Assembly (NCBI RefSeq): GCF_057098645.1
Contig: NZ_CM169472.1
Length of the DNA: 64,000 nt
Strand: one strand, 5' to 3'
In this document: positions 27,906-40,890 of the stretch, one piece after another
How the letters are laid out: each line of letters begins with the position of its first letter
Numbering within the stretch: the first letter of the stretch is position 1
Program-made: the position numbers and the translations under genes
Notes under the pieces: generated by a model
The model's database searches: none
Told to the model about the DNA's origin: nothing
What the model saw: the letters and a program-made list of their open reading frames with translations, nothing else

Positions 27906-28385
27906 ATGATGCTCGCGTTAGGTATGTTTGTTTTTATGCGCCAGACGCTGCCACACCAGACCATGCAGCGTGAATCAGATTATCGCTGGCCGTCAAATTC
28001 CCGTATCGGTAAACGGGATGCCTTTCAGTTTCTCGGTGTGGGTGAGGAAAACATTACGCTTGCCGGTGTGCTTTATCCCGAACTGACCGGCGGCAAGCTG
28101 ACGATGACCACGCTCAGGCTGATGGCAGAGGAAGGTCGGGCGTGGCCGTTGCTGGATGGCACCGGCATGATTTACGGCATGTATGTCATCAGCAGGGTGA
28201 GTGAAACAGGGAGTATTTTCTTTGCAGACGGCACACCCCGAAAAATTGATTTTACGCTGTCGCTCACCCGCGTGGATGAATCACTGGCCGCGCTTTATGG
28301 CGATATCGGTAAACAGGCGGAATCGCTCATCGGTAAGGCTGGCAGTATGGCGACTAAATTCACGGGGATGACGGGGGCGGGATAA
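27906..28385 (+). CDS. U: tail protein (P2 gpU-like)
   Basis: 159-aa ORF; synteny. Confidence 0.9.
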   Translation: MMLALGMFVFMRQTLPHQTMQRESDYRWPSNSRIGKRDAFQFLGVGEENITLAGVLYPELTGGKLTMTTLRLMAEEGRAWPLLDGTGMIYGMYVISRVSETGSIFFADGTPRKIDFTLSLTRVDESLAALYGDIGKQAESLIGKAGSMATKFTGMTGAG

Positions 28386-29548
28386 TGCTGGATGCGCTGA
28401 CATTTGATGCAGGCAGTACGCTGACGCCGGATTACATGCTGATGCTCGACAGCAGGGATATTACCGGCAATATCAGCGACCGTCTGATGAGCATGACCCT
28501 GACGGATAACCGGGGCTTTGAGGCTGACCAGCTTGATATTGAACTGAACGACGCCGACGGGCAGGTAGGGCTGCCGGTTCGTGGCGCTGTCCTGACGGTG
28601 TATATCGGCTGGAAAGGTTTTGCCCTGGTATGCAAAGGGAAATTTACCGTTGATGAGGTTGAACACCGGGGCGCGCCGGATGTGGTCACCATCCGCGCCC
28701 GGAGTGCAGATTTTCGCGGGACGCTCAATTCCCGCCGGGAAGGCTCCTGGCATGACACCACGCTCGGTGCGATTGTTGAGGCGATTGCCTCCCGTAACAG
28801 GCTGGAAGCCAGTGTCGCTCCGTCACTGGCCGGAATTAAAATCCCGCACATCGATCAGTCGCAGGAGTCTGATGCGAAATTCCTGACCCGTCTAGCAGAA
28901 CGCAACGGCGGTGAGGTGTCGGTAAAAATGGGAAAACTGTTGTTTCTCAAAGCGGGGCAGGGGGTGACGGCCAGCGGTAAAAAAATCCCGCAGATTACCA
29001 TCACCCGCAGCGACGGCGACCGTCATCATTTTGCGATTGCTGACCGTGGAGCCTACACCGGCGTAACGGCAAAGTGGTTACACACCAAAGACCCGAAGCC
29101 ACAAAAGCAGAAGGTAAAACTGAAACGCAAAAAGAAAGAGAAACACCTGCGCGCACTGGAGCACCCGAAAGCGAAACCGGTCACGCAGAAGAAAGCGCCA
29201 AAAGTACCGGAAGCGCGCGAAGGTGAATACATGGCCGGTGAGGCTGACAATGTTTTTGCCCTGACCACGGTATATGCCACGAAAGCGCAGGCCATGCGCG
29301 CCGCTCAGGCGAAGTGGGACAAACTGCAACGGGGCGTCGCGGAGTTCTCCATCAGTCTGGCTACCGGTCGGGCAGATATTTACACGGAAACGCCGGTCAA
29401 AGTGTCAGGCTTTAAGCGCGTCATAGACGAGCAGGACTGGACAATCACTAAGGTGACACACTTTCTGAATAATAGCGGCTTCACGACGTCCTTGGAGCTT
29501 GAGGTCAGGCTTTCTGATGTGGAGTACGAAACAGAAGATGATGAGTGA
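28385..29548 (+). CDS. D: tail protein (P2 gpD-like, late control gene D)
   Basis: 387-aa ORF; synteny. Confidence 0.92.
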   Translation: MLDALTFDAGSTLTPDYMLMLDSRDITGNISDRLMSMTLTDNRGFEADQLDIELNDADGQVGLPVRGAVLTVYIGWKGFALVCKGKFTVDEVEHRGAPDVVTIRARSADFRGTLNSRREGSWHDTTLGAIVEAIASRNRLEASVAPSLAGIKIPHIDQSQESDAKFLTRLAERNGGEVSVKMGKLLFLKAGQGVTASGKKIPQITITRSDGDRHHFAIADRGAYTGVTAKWLHTKDPKPQKQKVKLKRKKKEKHLRALEHPKAKPVTQKKAPKVPEAREGEYMAGEADNVFALTTVYATKAQAMRAAQAKWDKLQRGVAEFSISLATGRADIYTETPVKVSGFKRVIDEQDWTITKVTHFLNNSGFTTSLELEVRLSDVEYETEDDE

Positions 29549-29629
29549 TGTCTTTTGTTTATCTGTTTGTTTTATAAGGATAAATTAACTAAAATGGCAC
29601 CATCAACAAAACCGGAAGAGGTGCTCGCG

Positions 29630-29848
29630 ATGTTTCATTGTCCTTTATGCCAGCATGCCGCACATGCGCGTACAAGTCGCTATATCACTGACACGACAAA
29701 AGAGCGTTATCACCAGTGCCAGAACGTGAATTGCAGCGCCACGTTCATCACTTATGAGTCGGTACAGCGATACATCGTGAAGCCGGGAGAAGTCCACGCC
29801 GTAAGGCCGCACCCGTTGCCGTCAGGGCAGCAAATTATGTGGATGTAA
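29630..29848 (+). CDS. ogr: late transcription activator Ogr (zinc-finger)
   Basis: 72-aa ORF MFHCPLCQHAAH...CQNVNC with four Cys; start trimmed from ORF-track 29555. Confidence 0.9.
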   Translation: MFHCPLCQHAAHARTSRYITDTTKERYHQCQNVNCSATFITYESVQRYIVKPGEVHAVRPHPLPSGQQIMWM

Positions 29849-29860
29849 TTACAAACAGAA

Positions 29861-29886
29861 AGCCCCTCAGTCGAGGGGCTTTTTTT
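29861..29886 (+). terminator. intrinsic terminator after ogr
   Basis: AGCCCCTC-AGTC-GAGGGGCT hairpin followed by TTTTTTT. Confidence 0.75.
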
Positions 29887-29976
29887 GTCGATGTGGTCAA
29901 TGTGTGGACGTGACCAGAAATAAATCCTTTTATTTCATGCAATTAGATATCAAAAAATGTCACCAATAACTGACAT
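29887..29976. other. attR: attR: prophage right attachment region with Int arm-type repeats and a core overlapping the pflA start
   Basis: direct repeats TGTGGTCA / TGTGGACG resemble the P2 Int arm-site consensus TGTGGACA; host-like sequence resumes at ~29962. Confidence 0.5.
29950..29976 (-). pseudogene. pflA: pflA 5' fragment: native start codon plus five codons (MSVIG) fused to phage sequence, reading MSVIGDIF-stop
   Basis: reverse complement ATGTCAGTTATTGGT sits ~191 nt downstream of the pflB stop, where pflA starts in E. coli; the frame hits a stop after 8 codons. Confidence 0.7.
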
Positions 29977-30100
29977 TGCGGTGTTTCTCCAGATGTGGCC
30001 CATCTGAGGCCGTGTTGGTGCGCAGCTCGAAGGCTACGTCGAGTCTGTTTTGGCAGTCACCTTAAAGTATAGATAGCTGACAAAAAAGGCTCTCGTGCTA

Positions 30101-30128
30101 AAAAAGGCCCCACTTTCGTGGAGCCTTT
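30101..30128 (-). terminator. pflB intrinsic terminator
   Basis: imperfect GC hairpin followed by a T-run on the minus strand just downstream of the pflB stop. Confidence 0.55.
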
Positions 30129-30167
30129 ATTGTACGCTTTTTACTGTACGATTTCAGTCAAATCTAA

Positions 30168-32450
<2,283 letters not shown>

Positions 32451-32504
32451 GTAACACCTACCTTCTTAAGTGGATTTTTTATTTACTGCGTACTTCGACA
32501 ACCA

Positions 32505-33362
32505 TTAATGGTGATCGTTTTCACGCAGGTAAATGACCCAGTATGTCAACCCAACCAACAAACCACCGCCGATAATATTACCGATCGTAACCGGAATCAG
32601 GTTATCAGTGATGAAGTTCATCACGGTCAGGTGAGAAAAATTTTCCGGTGCAGAACCGACAGCGGTCCAGAATTCCGGAGATGCGAAGTCGCGGATTACA
32701 ATACCCATCGGGATCATAAACATGTTTGCGATACTGTGCTCAAAACCGCTGGCAACAAACATCGCGACCGGCAGCACCATGATAAACGCTTTGTCCATCA
32801 GGCTGCGGCCAGAATAACTCATCCATACTGCCAGACATACCATCAGGTTTGCCAGGATACCAAGGCAGACGGCCTCAATAAAAGTATGGTGCACTTTGTG
32901 GTCGGCGGTTTGTAGGACGTTTAGTCCCCATTGACCATTTGCGGTCATATACTCGCCGGAAAGCCACATTAAAAGTACAAACAGCAGTGCGCCGACCAGG
33001 TTGCCAAAATAGACATTTAGCCAGTTTTTAGCCAACTGACCCCAGGTGATGCGCCCACTCGCCTTAGCAACAACAATCAACACTGTGGAAGTAAAGAGAT
33101 CGGCTCCGCAGACAACACAAAGAATCAGCCCCAGAGAGAAGCAAATGCCGCCAACCAGTTTTGCCATGCCGAAGGGCATTGTGCCTGTGCCAGTGGTTGC
33201 TGTGATATAGAAGACGAATGCGATTGAGATGAAAACACCGGCGGTAATCGCCAGATAGAAAGTCTTAAGCGGATGTTTCGTTGCTTTATAGACACCCGCC
33301 TCTTCGGCCACTTTGGCCATTGCAGCAGGAAGTAAAAGATCAAAAGGGTTGTCAGCTTTCAC
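32505..33362 (-). CDS. focA: formate channel FocA (GTG start)
   Basis: ORF track 32505..33701; start trimmed to V-KADNPFDLL (GTG), giving ~285 aa; coordinate +/-1 nt. Confidence 0.88.
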   Translation of the reverse strand: MKADNPFDLLLPAAMAKVAEEAGVYKATKHPLKTFYLAITAGVFISIAFVFYITATTGTGTMPFGMAKLVGGICFSLGLILCVVCGADLFTSTVLIVVAKASGRITWGQLAKNWLNVYFGNLVGALLFVLLMWLSGEYMTANGQWGLNVLQTADHKVHHTFIEAVCLGILANLMVCLAVWMSYSGRSLMDKAFIMVLPVAMFVASGFEHSIANMFMIPMGIVIRDFASPEFWTAVGSAPENFSHLTVMNFITDNLIPVTIGNIIGGGLLVGLTYWVIYLRENDHH

Positions 33363-33767
33363 ACTAACTCTCTCTTTATTAAGTCGGCGACGAGATACTA
33401 ACAAAGCATTATAGATGAGAAATTGATATAGATCATATCTCGCCTGGCTTATAGGCCCGTAACTCGCATGGTTTTTATGCAAATACGGAGTAAATATTTG
33501 ATTATCCAAATAAAAATAAATTTTAAAAATTAACAAATGAGTTGAATTTTTTCCGCATCCTCCGCTAAAACAGTTAATTAAAAGGGAGCACCAGGCGAAT
33601 AAAGTAACAATATCGATCGTATTTATTAAATACAAATTACCGATATTTAACCTTATAATTACAATTATTTTATTAATGCAAATATATGTAAAGCGGGGCA
33701 TTAAAAAAACGCCCCGTAATATAACTCAGACGAATCATTAAGCCTACATTGCGTAGGCTATTTGATT
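33363..33767 (-). promoter_or_regulatory. focA-pflB upstream regulatory region (multiple promoters; FNR/ArcA/IHF control from the literature)
   Basis: long AT-rich intergenic region upstream of focA; individual sites not mapped from sequence. Confidence 0.4.
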
Positions 33768-35528
33768 TTATTTTGCCCAGAATGCTGCTTTGGCGCGCTG
33801 CAGCTTTTCGTAGGCCTTCAACAGCGACTGATGTGCAGCAAACGCGTGCAGATCGCTATCTACTGGTTGCAAGCCATAAAACGCCGCTTCGCCGCTCATT
33901 GCCGCACTAGCGGCTTCCACGGCATCTGCGCCGTACATGCGAACAAACGCATTCAGATATTGCAGCGGCTGGCGATCTTCTTCCTGCGCCAGTAATAACA
34001 ACGTTTGCAGGCAGCGATAATAGTTGGCGCGTTCCGGGCTGAATGCCGATGAGTTAAACTCCATCGTCCATTCGGTCCAGACCAGAGCCTGTTCCAGATC
34101 GCCACCAGCCAGCGCCAGCATGGCTTTTAATTCACCGATACGCAGGGTGTACCAACCGTTATCCGACCCGGTCGCCAGACCCAACAGCTCACGCACGCGG
34201 GTAAAGTCATCAAAACCTTCTTCATCCAGTTGCTCGATGAGGTTCAGGTAATCTTCTTTTTCCCACTCGCTGCCTGGTAGCGAAAGAATCGTTTCACGTA
34301 AATGGCTGCCCATACTGTTATTCGCGAGCCACAGATCTTCAGCCGGATAAATATCGGACATGCCAGGCACGATAATACGGCAAGCATAAACGCCCAGATG
34401 CTCGTAATCGGCAATATAAACTTCTTTATCTTCTTTGTTGAAGATAGCCATCAGCGTAGCAAACTCTTCTTCCGTGGTGCCGGAGAAATTCCAGTCCACA
34501 AACGGATAATCGGCATCCTGCTTGAACAGGTCCCAGGAGATTAAACCGCTGGAATCGATAAAGTGCGTTTCGAGGTTGGTATGTTCAGCGACTTCTTCAT
34601 CATCGAAGGTTGGCGGAGTAAACACATCCAAATCTTTCAGGCCACGACCTTGCAGCAGCTCGGTCACGGTACGTTCCAGTGCTACGCCAAAATCAGGATG
34701 CGCACCGAAAGAGGCAAAGCAGGTGCCGTTAGCAGGATTAAACAGTACCACGCAAATCACCGGATACTGGCCGCCAAGGGAACCATCATATGCGAAGATC
34801 GGGAAACCTTCTGCTTCCAGTGTTTCGATCGCTTCAACCACCGCTGGGTAACGCGCCAGCACGTCTGCCGGGATTTCCGGCAAGCTGATGCTTTCAGCAA
34901 TAATGCGGTTTTTCACGTAGCGTTCGAAAACTTCGGACAACCCCTGAACGCGTGCTTCGTTGCGGGTATTGCCAGCGGACATACCGTTAGAAACGTACAG
35001 GTTACCAATGATATTCATCGGAATATAAACGGTCTGATTGTCGGACTGGCGCGTAAACGGCAGACCGCAAATACCACGATCTTCGTTACCGGATTGTAGG
35101 TCAATCAGCATACTGCCGGTCAATTCATTCTCCGGATCGTAAAATGCGCGCAGACGGTCATCGAGCAGCCCTTCTGGCACATCGTCATTTTCGGTCAGTG
35201 GGAACCATTTTTCGTTGGGATAATGCACAAATGGACCGTTGGCGATGGTTTCGCCCAGCCAGAAATCAGCAAAAAAGTAGTTGGTTGAGAGACGCTCGAA
35301 ATATTCACCGAGTGCAGAAGCCAGCGCCGCTTTCTTGGTTGCGCCTTTACCGTTGGTAAAACACAGTGCGCACTCTTTGTCGCGAATATGTACAGACCAG
35401 ACGTTAGGCACGGGATTCAGCCAGGAGGCCTCTTCAATCTGAAAGCCGAGGTCTGAAAGTTTTTGCTGGAAGCGAGCGATGGAATCTTCCAGTGCGGCAT
35501 CTTTGCCGGGGATAAATGTTTGCGTCAT
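33768..35528 (-). CDS. ycaO: YcaO, ribosomal protein S12 methylthiotransferase accessory factor
   Basis: ORF track 33768..35561; start trimmed to MTQTFIPGKD giving 586 aa. Confidence 0.92.
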   Translation of the reverse strand: MTQTFIPGKDAALEDSIARFQQKLSDLGFQIEEASWLNPVPNVWSVHIRDKECALCFTNGKGATKKAALASALGEYFERLSTNYFFADFWLGETIANGPFVHYPNEKWFPLTENDDVPEGLLDDRLRAFYDPENELTGSMLIDLQSGNEDRGICGLPFTRQSDNQTVYIPMNIIGNLYVSNGMSAGNTRNEARVQGLSEVFERYVKNRIIAESISLPEIPADVLARYPAVVEAIETLEAEGFPIFAYDGSLGGQYPVICVVLFNPANGTCFASFGAHPDFGVALERTVTELLQGRGLKDLDVFTPPTFDDEEVAEHTNLETHFIDSSGLISWDLFKQDADYPFVDWNFSGTTEEEFATLMAIFNKEDKEVYIADYEHLGVYACRIIVPGMSDIYPAEDLWLANNSMGSHLRETILSLPGSEWEKEDYLNLIEQLDEEGFDDFTRVRELLGLATGSDNGWYTLRIGELKAMLALAGGDLEQALVWTEWTMEFNSSAFSPERANYYRCLQTLLLLAQEEDRQPLQYLNAFVRMYGADAVEAASAAMSGEAAFYGLQPVDSDLHAFAAHQSLLKAYEKLQRAKAAFWAK

Positions 35529-35657
35529 GAAAATCACTTTAGTCGTACGGAAAGCGCGCAATAATACGGGTTTTATCTCAAAGGCGCTATCACCGCCGCC
35601 ATGCCGATGAACTGTTGACTATGCTTTTAGCGGATAAACCACGTTAAGAGCATAAAA

Positions 35658-36350
35658 ATGAAGGTGTTCGATCTCCACCGTATGGCATTTGATAAAGTGC
35701 CTTTTGATTTCCTTGGCGAAGTTGCACTACGTAGTCTGTATACCTTTGTACTGGTTTTTTTGTTCCTCAAAATGACCGGAAGACGCGGAGTGCGGCAGAT
35801 GTCGCTGTTTGAAGTGTTAATCATTCTGACGCTGGGGTCAGCGGCGGGAGATGTGGCGTTTTATGATGATGTGCCGATGGTCCCGGTACTTATCGTCTTT
35901 ATCACTCTGGCGTTGTTATACCGCCTGGTAATGTGGTTGATGGCACACAGTGAAAAACTGGAAGATCTTCTGGAAGGTAAGCCGGTTGTCATTATTGAAG
36001 ATGGCGAGCTGGCCTGGTCGAAACTCAATAACTCCAACATGACGGAATTTGAGTTCTTTATGGAGCTACGATTGCGCGGTGTAGAGCAGTTGGGGCAAGT
36101 ACGTCTGGCGATTCTCGAAACCAACGGGCAAATCAGTGTCTATTTCTTTGAAGATGACAAGGTGAAACCGGGTTTACTTATTTTACCCAGTGATTGTACT
36201 CAGCGTTACAAAGTGGTGCCGGAGTCGGCGGACTATGCCTGCATCCGTTGTAGTGAAATCATTCATATGAACGCGGGGGAAAAACAATTATGTCCGCGCT
36301 GTGCAAATCCAGAATGGACGAAGGCAAGTCGGGCTAAACGGGTGACCTGA
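35658..36350 (+). CDS. ycaP: DUF421 family inner membrane protein YcaP
   Basis: 230-aa ORF; conserved neighbour of ycaO and serC. Confidence 0.9.
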   Translation: MKVFDLHRMAFDKVPFDFLGEVALRSLYTFVLVFLFLKMTGRRGVRQMSLFEVLIILTLGSAAGDVAFYDDVPMVPVLIVFITLALLYRLVMWLMAHSEKLEDLLEGKPVVIIEDGELAWSKLNNSNMTEFEFFMELRLRGVEQLGQVRLAILETNGQISVYFFEDDKVKPGLLILPSDCTQRYKVVPESADYACIRCSEIIHMNAGEKQLCPRCANPEWTKASRAKRVT

Positions 36351-36548
36351 CAGCAAAAATATCGGTTTTTTGGTAATAATCCGAGAGATTCTGTTGTGTG
36401 ACGCGTGCCGCATTTTTGCCCTCAACGGTTTTACCCATTGCGATGCGTGTCACTGAATGATAAAACCGATAGCCACAGGAATAACATATTACCCGCGGTC
36501 GCAATCGATTGACTGGGGGTTAATGGCAACGCAACGTGGTGAGGGGAA

Positions 36549-37637
36549 ATGGCTCAAATCTTCAATTTTAGTTCTGGTCCGGCAATGCTACCGGCAGAGG
36601 TGCTTAAACAGGCTCAACAGGAACTGCGTGACTGGAACGGTCTTGGTACGTCGGTGATGGAAGTGAGTCACCGTGGCAAAGAGTTCATTCAGGTTGCAGA
36701 GGAAGCCGAGAAGGATTTTCGCGATCTTCTTAATGTCCCCTCCAACTACAAGGTATTATTCTGCCATGGCGGTGGTCGCGGTCAGTTTGCTGCGGTACCG
36801 CTGAATATTCTCGGTGATAAAACCACCGCAGATTATGTTGATGCCGGTTACTGGGCGGCAAGTGCCATTAAAGAAGCGAAAAAATACTGCACGCCTAATG
36901 TCTTTGACGCCAAAGTGACTGTTGATGGTCTGCGCGCGGTTAAGCCAATGCGTGAATGGCAACTCTCTGATAATGCTGCTTATATGCATTACTGCCCGAA
37001 TGAAACCATCGACGGTATCGCCATCGACGAAACGCCAGACTTCGGCAAAGATGTGGTGGTTGCCGCCGACTTCTCTTCAACCATTCTTTCCCGTCCGATT
37101 GACGTCAGCCGTTATGGTGTAATTTACGCTGGCGCGCAGAAAAATATCGGCCCGGCAGGCCTGACAATCGTCATCGTCCGTGAAGATTTGCTGGGCAAAG
37201 CGAATGTCGCGTGTCCGTCGATTCTGGATTATTCCATCCTCAACGATAATGGCTCCATGTTTAACACGCCGCCGACATTTGCCTGGTATCTGTCTGGTCT
37301 GGTCTTTAAATGGCTGAAAGCGAACGGCGGTGTAGCTGAAATGGATAAAATCAATCAGCAAAAAGCAGAACTGCTATATGGGGTGATTGATAACAGCGAT
37401 TTCTACCGCAATGACGTGGCGAAAGCTAACCGTTCGCGGATGAACGTGCCGTTCCAGTTGGCGGACAGTGCGCTTGACAAATTGTTCCTTGAAGAGTCTT
37501 TTGCTGCAGGCCTTCATGCACTGAAAGGTCACCGTGTGGTCGGCGGAATGCGCGCGTCTATTTATAATGCCATGCCGCTGGAAGGCGTTAAAGCGCTGAC
37601 AGACTTCATGGTTGAGTTCGAACGCCGTCACGGTTAA
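36549..37637 (+). CDS. serC: phosphoserine aminotransferase
   Basis: 362-aa ORF starting [15 protein letters not shown]. Confidence 0.95.
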   Translation: MAQIFNFSSGPAMLPAEVLKQAQQELRDWNGLGTSVMEVSHRGKEFIQVAEEAEKDFRDLLNVPSNYKVLFCHGGGRGQFAAVPLNILGDKTTADYVDAGYWAASAIKEAKKYCTPNVFDAKVTVDGLRAVKPMREWQLSDNAAYMHYCPNETIDGIAIDETPDFGKDVVVAADFSSTILSRPIDVSRYGVIYAGAQKNIGPAGLTIVIVREDLLGKANVACPSILDYSILNDNGSMFNTPPTFAWYLSGLVFKWLKANGGVAEMDKINQQKAELLYGVIDNSDFYRNDVAKANRSRMNVPFQLADSALDKLFLEESFAAGLHALKGHRVVGGMRASIYNAMPLEGVKALTDFMVEFERRHG

Positions 37638-37656
37638 TGCCGAAATTTTGCTTAAT

Positions 37657-37684
37657 CCCCACAGCCAGCCTGTGGGGTTTTTAT
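37657..37684 (+). terminator. hairpin plus T-run between serC and aroA (internal attenuator/terminator of the serC-aroA operon)
   Basis: CCCCACA-GCCAGCC-TGTGGGG followed by TTTTTAT. Confidence 0.65.
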
Positions 37685-37707
37685 TTCTGTTGTAGAGAGT
37701 TGAGTTC

Positions 37708-38991
37708 ATGGAATCCCTGACGTTACAACCCATCGCTCGTGTCGATGGCACTATTAATCTGCCCGGTTCCAAGAGCGTTTCTAACCGCGCTTTATTGCTG
37801 GCGGCATTAGCACACGGCAAAACAGTATTAACCAATCTGCTGGATAGCGATGACGTGCGCCATATGCTGAATGCATTAACAGCGTTAGGGGTAAGCTATA
37901 CGCTTTCAGCCGATCGTACACGTTGCGAAATTATCGGTAACGGCGGTCCATTACACGCAGAAGGTGCCCTGGAGTTGTTCCTCGGTAACGCCGGAACGGC
38001 AATGCGTCCGCTGGCGGCAGCTCTTTGTCTGGGTAGCAATGATATTGTGCTGACCGGTGAGCCGCGTATGAAAGAGCGCCCAATTGGTCATCTGGTGGAT
38101 GCGCTGCGCCTGGGCGGGGCGAAGATCATTTACCTGGAACAAGAAAATTATCCGCCGTTGCGTTTACAGGGCGGCTTTACTGGCGGCAACGTTGACGTTG
38201 ATGGCTCCGTTTCCAGCCAATTCCTCACCGCACTGTTAATGACTGCGCCTCTTGCGCCGGAAGATACGGTGATTCGTATTAAAGGCGATCTGGTTTCTAA
38301 ACCTTATATCGACATCACACTCAATCTGATGAAGACGTTTGGTGTTGAAATTGAAAATCAGCACTATCAACAATTTGTCGTAAAAGGCGGGCAGTCTTAT
38401 CAGTCTCCGGGTACTTATTTGGTCGAAGGCGATGCATCTTCGGCTTCTTACTTTCTGGCAGCAGCAGCAATCAAAGGCGGCACTGTAAAAGTGACCGGTA
38501 TTGGACGTAACAGTATGCAGGGTGATATTCGCTTTGCTGATGTGCTGGAAAAAATGGGCGCGACCATTTGCTGGGGCGATGATTATATTTCCTGCACGCG
38601 TGGTGAACTGAACGCTATTGATATGGATATGAACCATATTCCTGATGCGGCGATGACCATTGCCACGGCGGCGTTATTTGCAAAAGGCACCACCACGCTG
38701 CGCAATATCTATAACTGGCGTGTTAAAGAAACCGATCGCCTGTTTGCGATGGCAACAGAACTGCGTAAAGTCGGTGCGGAAGTAGAAGAGGGGCACGATT
38801 ACATTCGTATCACTCCACCGGAAAAACTGAACTTTGCCGAGATCGCGACATACAATGATCACCGGATGGCGATGTGTTTCTCGCTGGTGGCGTTGTCAGA
38901 TACACCAGTGACGATTCTTGATCCCAAATGTACGGCCAAAACATTTCCGGATTATTTCGAGCAGCTGGCGCGGATTAGCCAGGCAGCCTGA
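37708..38991 (+). CDS. aroA: 3-phosphoshikimate 1-carboxyvinyltransferase (EPSP synthase)
   Basis: 427-aa ORF starting [23 protein letters not shown]. Confidence 0.95.
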   Translation: MESLTLQPIARVDGTINLPGSKSVSNRALLLAALAHGKTVLTNLLDSDDVRHMLNALTALGVSYTLSADRTRCEIIGNGGPLHAEGALELFLGNAGTAMRPLAAALCLGSNDIVLTGEPRMKERPIGHLVDALRLGGAKIIYLEQENYPPLRLQGGFTGGNVDVDGSVSSQFLTALLMTAPLAPEDTVIRIKGDLVSKPYIDITLNLMKTFGVEIENQHYQQFVVKGGQSYQSPGTYLVEGDASSASYFLAAAAIKGGTVKVTGIGRNSMQGDIRFADVLEKMGATICWGDDYISCTRGELNAIDMDMNHIPDAAMTIATAALFAKGTTTLRNIYNWRVKETDRLFAMATELRKVGAEVEEGHDYIRITPPEKLNFAEIATYNDHRMAMCFSLVALSDTPVTILDPKCTAKTFPDYFEQLARISQAA

Positions 38992-39034
38992 ATGAATAAC
39001 GTCCAATAAATAGCCAAAACTTTCTTTATCAAAA

Positions 39035-39061
39035 CGTCGGCACATTGCCGGCGTTTTTTTT
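39035..39061 (+). terminator. aroA intrinsic terminator
   Basis: hairpin CGTCGGCA-CAT-TGCCGGCG followed by T8. Confidence 0.75.
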
Positions 39062-39159
39062 CGGACCTTGTGAGTCATTTTGATTAATGGTAGCGTCAGT
39101 TGTCAATGTAAGTTGTTGATACATAATATTTATATATGATTAATCAACGGATGATTCAC

Positions 39160-39924
39160 ATGAAGAATACTAAATTACTGCTGGCGATTGTGACCTCTGC
39201 AGCATTACTGACGGGGTGTCAAAATACCCACGGTATTGATACCAATATGGCTATCAGCTCCGGTTTAAATGCCTATAAAGCAGCAACATTAAGCGATGCC
39301 GATGCAAAAGCGATTGCCAATCAGGGCTGTGCCGAAATGGACAGCGGCAATCAAGTCGCAAGTAAATCCAGCAAGTACGGTAAACGTCTGGCAAAAATCG
39401 CCAAAGCATTGGGTAACAATATTAATGGCACGCCGGTCAACTATAAGGTTTATATGACCAGCGACGTCAACGCATGGGCGATGGCGAACGGCTGTGTTCG
39501 TGTTTACAGTGGCCTGATGGACATGATGAACGATAACGAAATTGAAGGCGTTCTGGGCCATGAACTGGGCCACGTCGCGTTGGGTCACTCGCTGGCTGAA
39601 ATGAAAGCTTCTTATGCGATCGTTGCCGCACGCGATGCCATTTCAGCTACCAGCGGTGTGGCTTCCCAGCTTTCCCGCTCACAATTGGGTGATATCGCAG
39701 AAGGCGCTATCAATGCGAAATACTCCCGCGATAAAGAGTCCGAAGCAGATGATTTCTCCTTTGATCTGTTGAAGAAACGTGGCATCAGCACCCAGGGGCT
39801 GGTTGGCAGCTTTGAAAAACTGGCTAGCCTGGATGGCGGTCGCACCCAGTCCATGTTTGACTCTCACCCACCATCAACAGAGCGTGCGCAACACATCCGT
39901 GATCGTATCGCCTCTGGTAAGTAA
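39160..39924 (+). CDS. ycaL: periplasmic metalloprotease lipoprotein YcaL (M48 family)
   Basis: lipobox LLTGC signal and HELGH zinc motif; start trimmed from ORF-track 39136. Confidence 0.9.
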   Translation: MKNTKLLLAIVTSAALLTGCQNTHGIDTNMAISSGLNAYKAATLSDADAKAIANQGCAEMDSGNQVASKSSKYGKRLAKIAKALGNNINGTPVNYKVYMTSDVNAWAMANGCVRVYSGLMDMMNDNEIEGVLGHELGHVALGHSLAEMKASYAIVAARDAISATSGVASQLSRSQLGDIAEGAINAKYSRDKESEADDFSFDLLKKRGISTQGLVGSFEKLASLDGGRTQSMFDSHPPSTERAQHIRDRIASGK

Positions 39925-40022
39925 ATCATTGTCATCTTTCGGGCTGGTCTTCTGCCAGCCCGCTATAATTGCGCAATAAATCCCCATCTGAATACAGACA
40001 AAACTGGTTTTTGCACACAACG

Positions 40023-40052
40023 TTAACGATTTGTGGCGTCGGCGCGTATAAT
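40023..40052 (+). promoter_or_regulatory. sigma70-like promoter upstream of cmk
   Basis: TTAACG -35, 18-nt spacer, TATAAT -10, ~45 nt upstream of the cmk start. Confidence 0.45.
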
Positions 40053-40096
40053 GCGCGCGGTTATGTTAACGGTACGCCTGTTTTAAGGAGATAAAG

Positions 40097-40780
40097 ATGA
40101 CGGCAATTGCCCCGGTTATTACCATTGATGGCCCAAGCGGTGCAGGGAAAGGCACCTTGTGTAAGGCTATGGCGGAAGCGTTGCAATGGCATCTGCTGGA
40201 TTCGGGTGCAATTTATCGCGTACTGGCATTGGCGGCATTACATCACCATGTTGATGTTGCGTCGGAAGACGCGCTGGTGCCGCTGGCATCCCATCTGGAT
40301 GTACGTTTTGTGTCAACCAATGGCAATCTGGAAGTGATCCTCGAAGGGGAAGATGTCAGCGGCGAAATTCGTACTCAGGAAGTGGCGAATGCAGCTTCAC
40401 AAGTCGCGGCATTCCCACGCGTTCGTGAAGCATTATTGCGTCGCCAACGCGCGTTTCGCGAATTACCAGGCCTGATTGCCGATGGCCGCGACATGGGAAC
40501 GGTGGTATTCCCTGATGCGCCAGTGAAAATTTTCCTTGACGCCTCCTCGGAAGAACGTGCGCATCGCCGCATGCTACAGTTGCAGGAGAAGGGCTTTAGT
40601 GTTAACTTTGAGCGCCTTTTGGCCGAGATCAAAGAACGCGACGACCGCGATCGTAACCGAGCGGTAGCGCCACTGGTTCCGGCAGCCGATGCTTTAGTGT
40701 TGGATTCCACCACCTTAAGCATTGAGCAAGTGATTGAAAAAGCGCTACAATACGCGCGCCAGAAATTGGCTCTCGCATAA
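40097..40780 (+). CDS. cmk: cytidylate kinase
   Basis: 227-aa ORF with P-loop GPSGAGKGT. Confidence 0.95.
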
Positions 40781-40890
40781 GCGACCGAATTTGCAGTACC
40801 CCCGTTGCAATGGAATGACAGCGGGTATGTTAAACAACCCCATCCGGCATGGAGCCAGGTGGACGTTAAATATAAACCTGAAGATTAAAC

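Noticed and set aside
29887-30167. tRNA gene at the prophage-host junction
   Set aside because: No cloverleaf-compatible sequence or tRNA-like CCA/T-loop motifs; the junction instead coincides with the pflA start codon.
33363-33767. Possible small ORFs or sRNA in the AT-rich focA upstream region
   Set aside because: Region is the known multi-promoter control region of focA-pflB; hairpins near 33700..33767 are more simply the ycaO 3' terminator region; no supportable ORF.
37374-37835. 153-aa minus-strand ORF spanning the serC-aroA junction
   Set aside because: Antisense to two conserved biosynthetic genes and crosses the intergenic attenuator hairpin.
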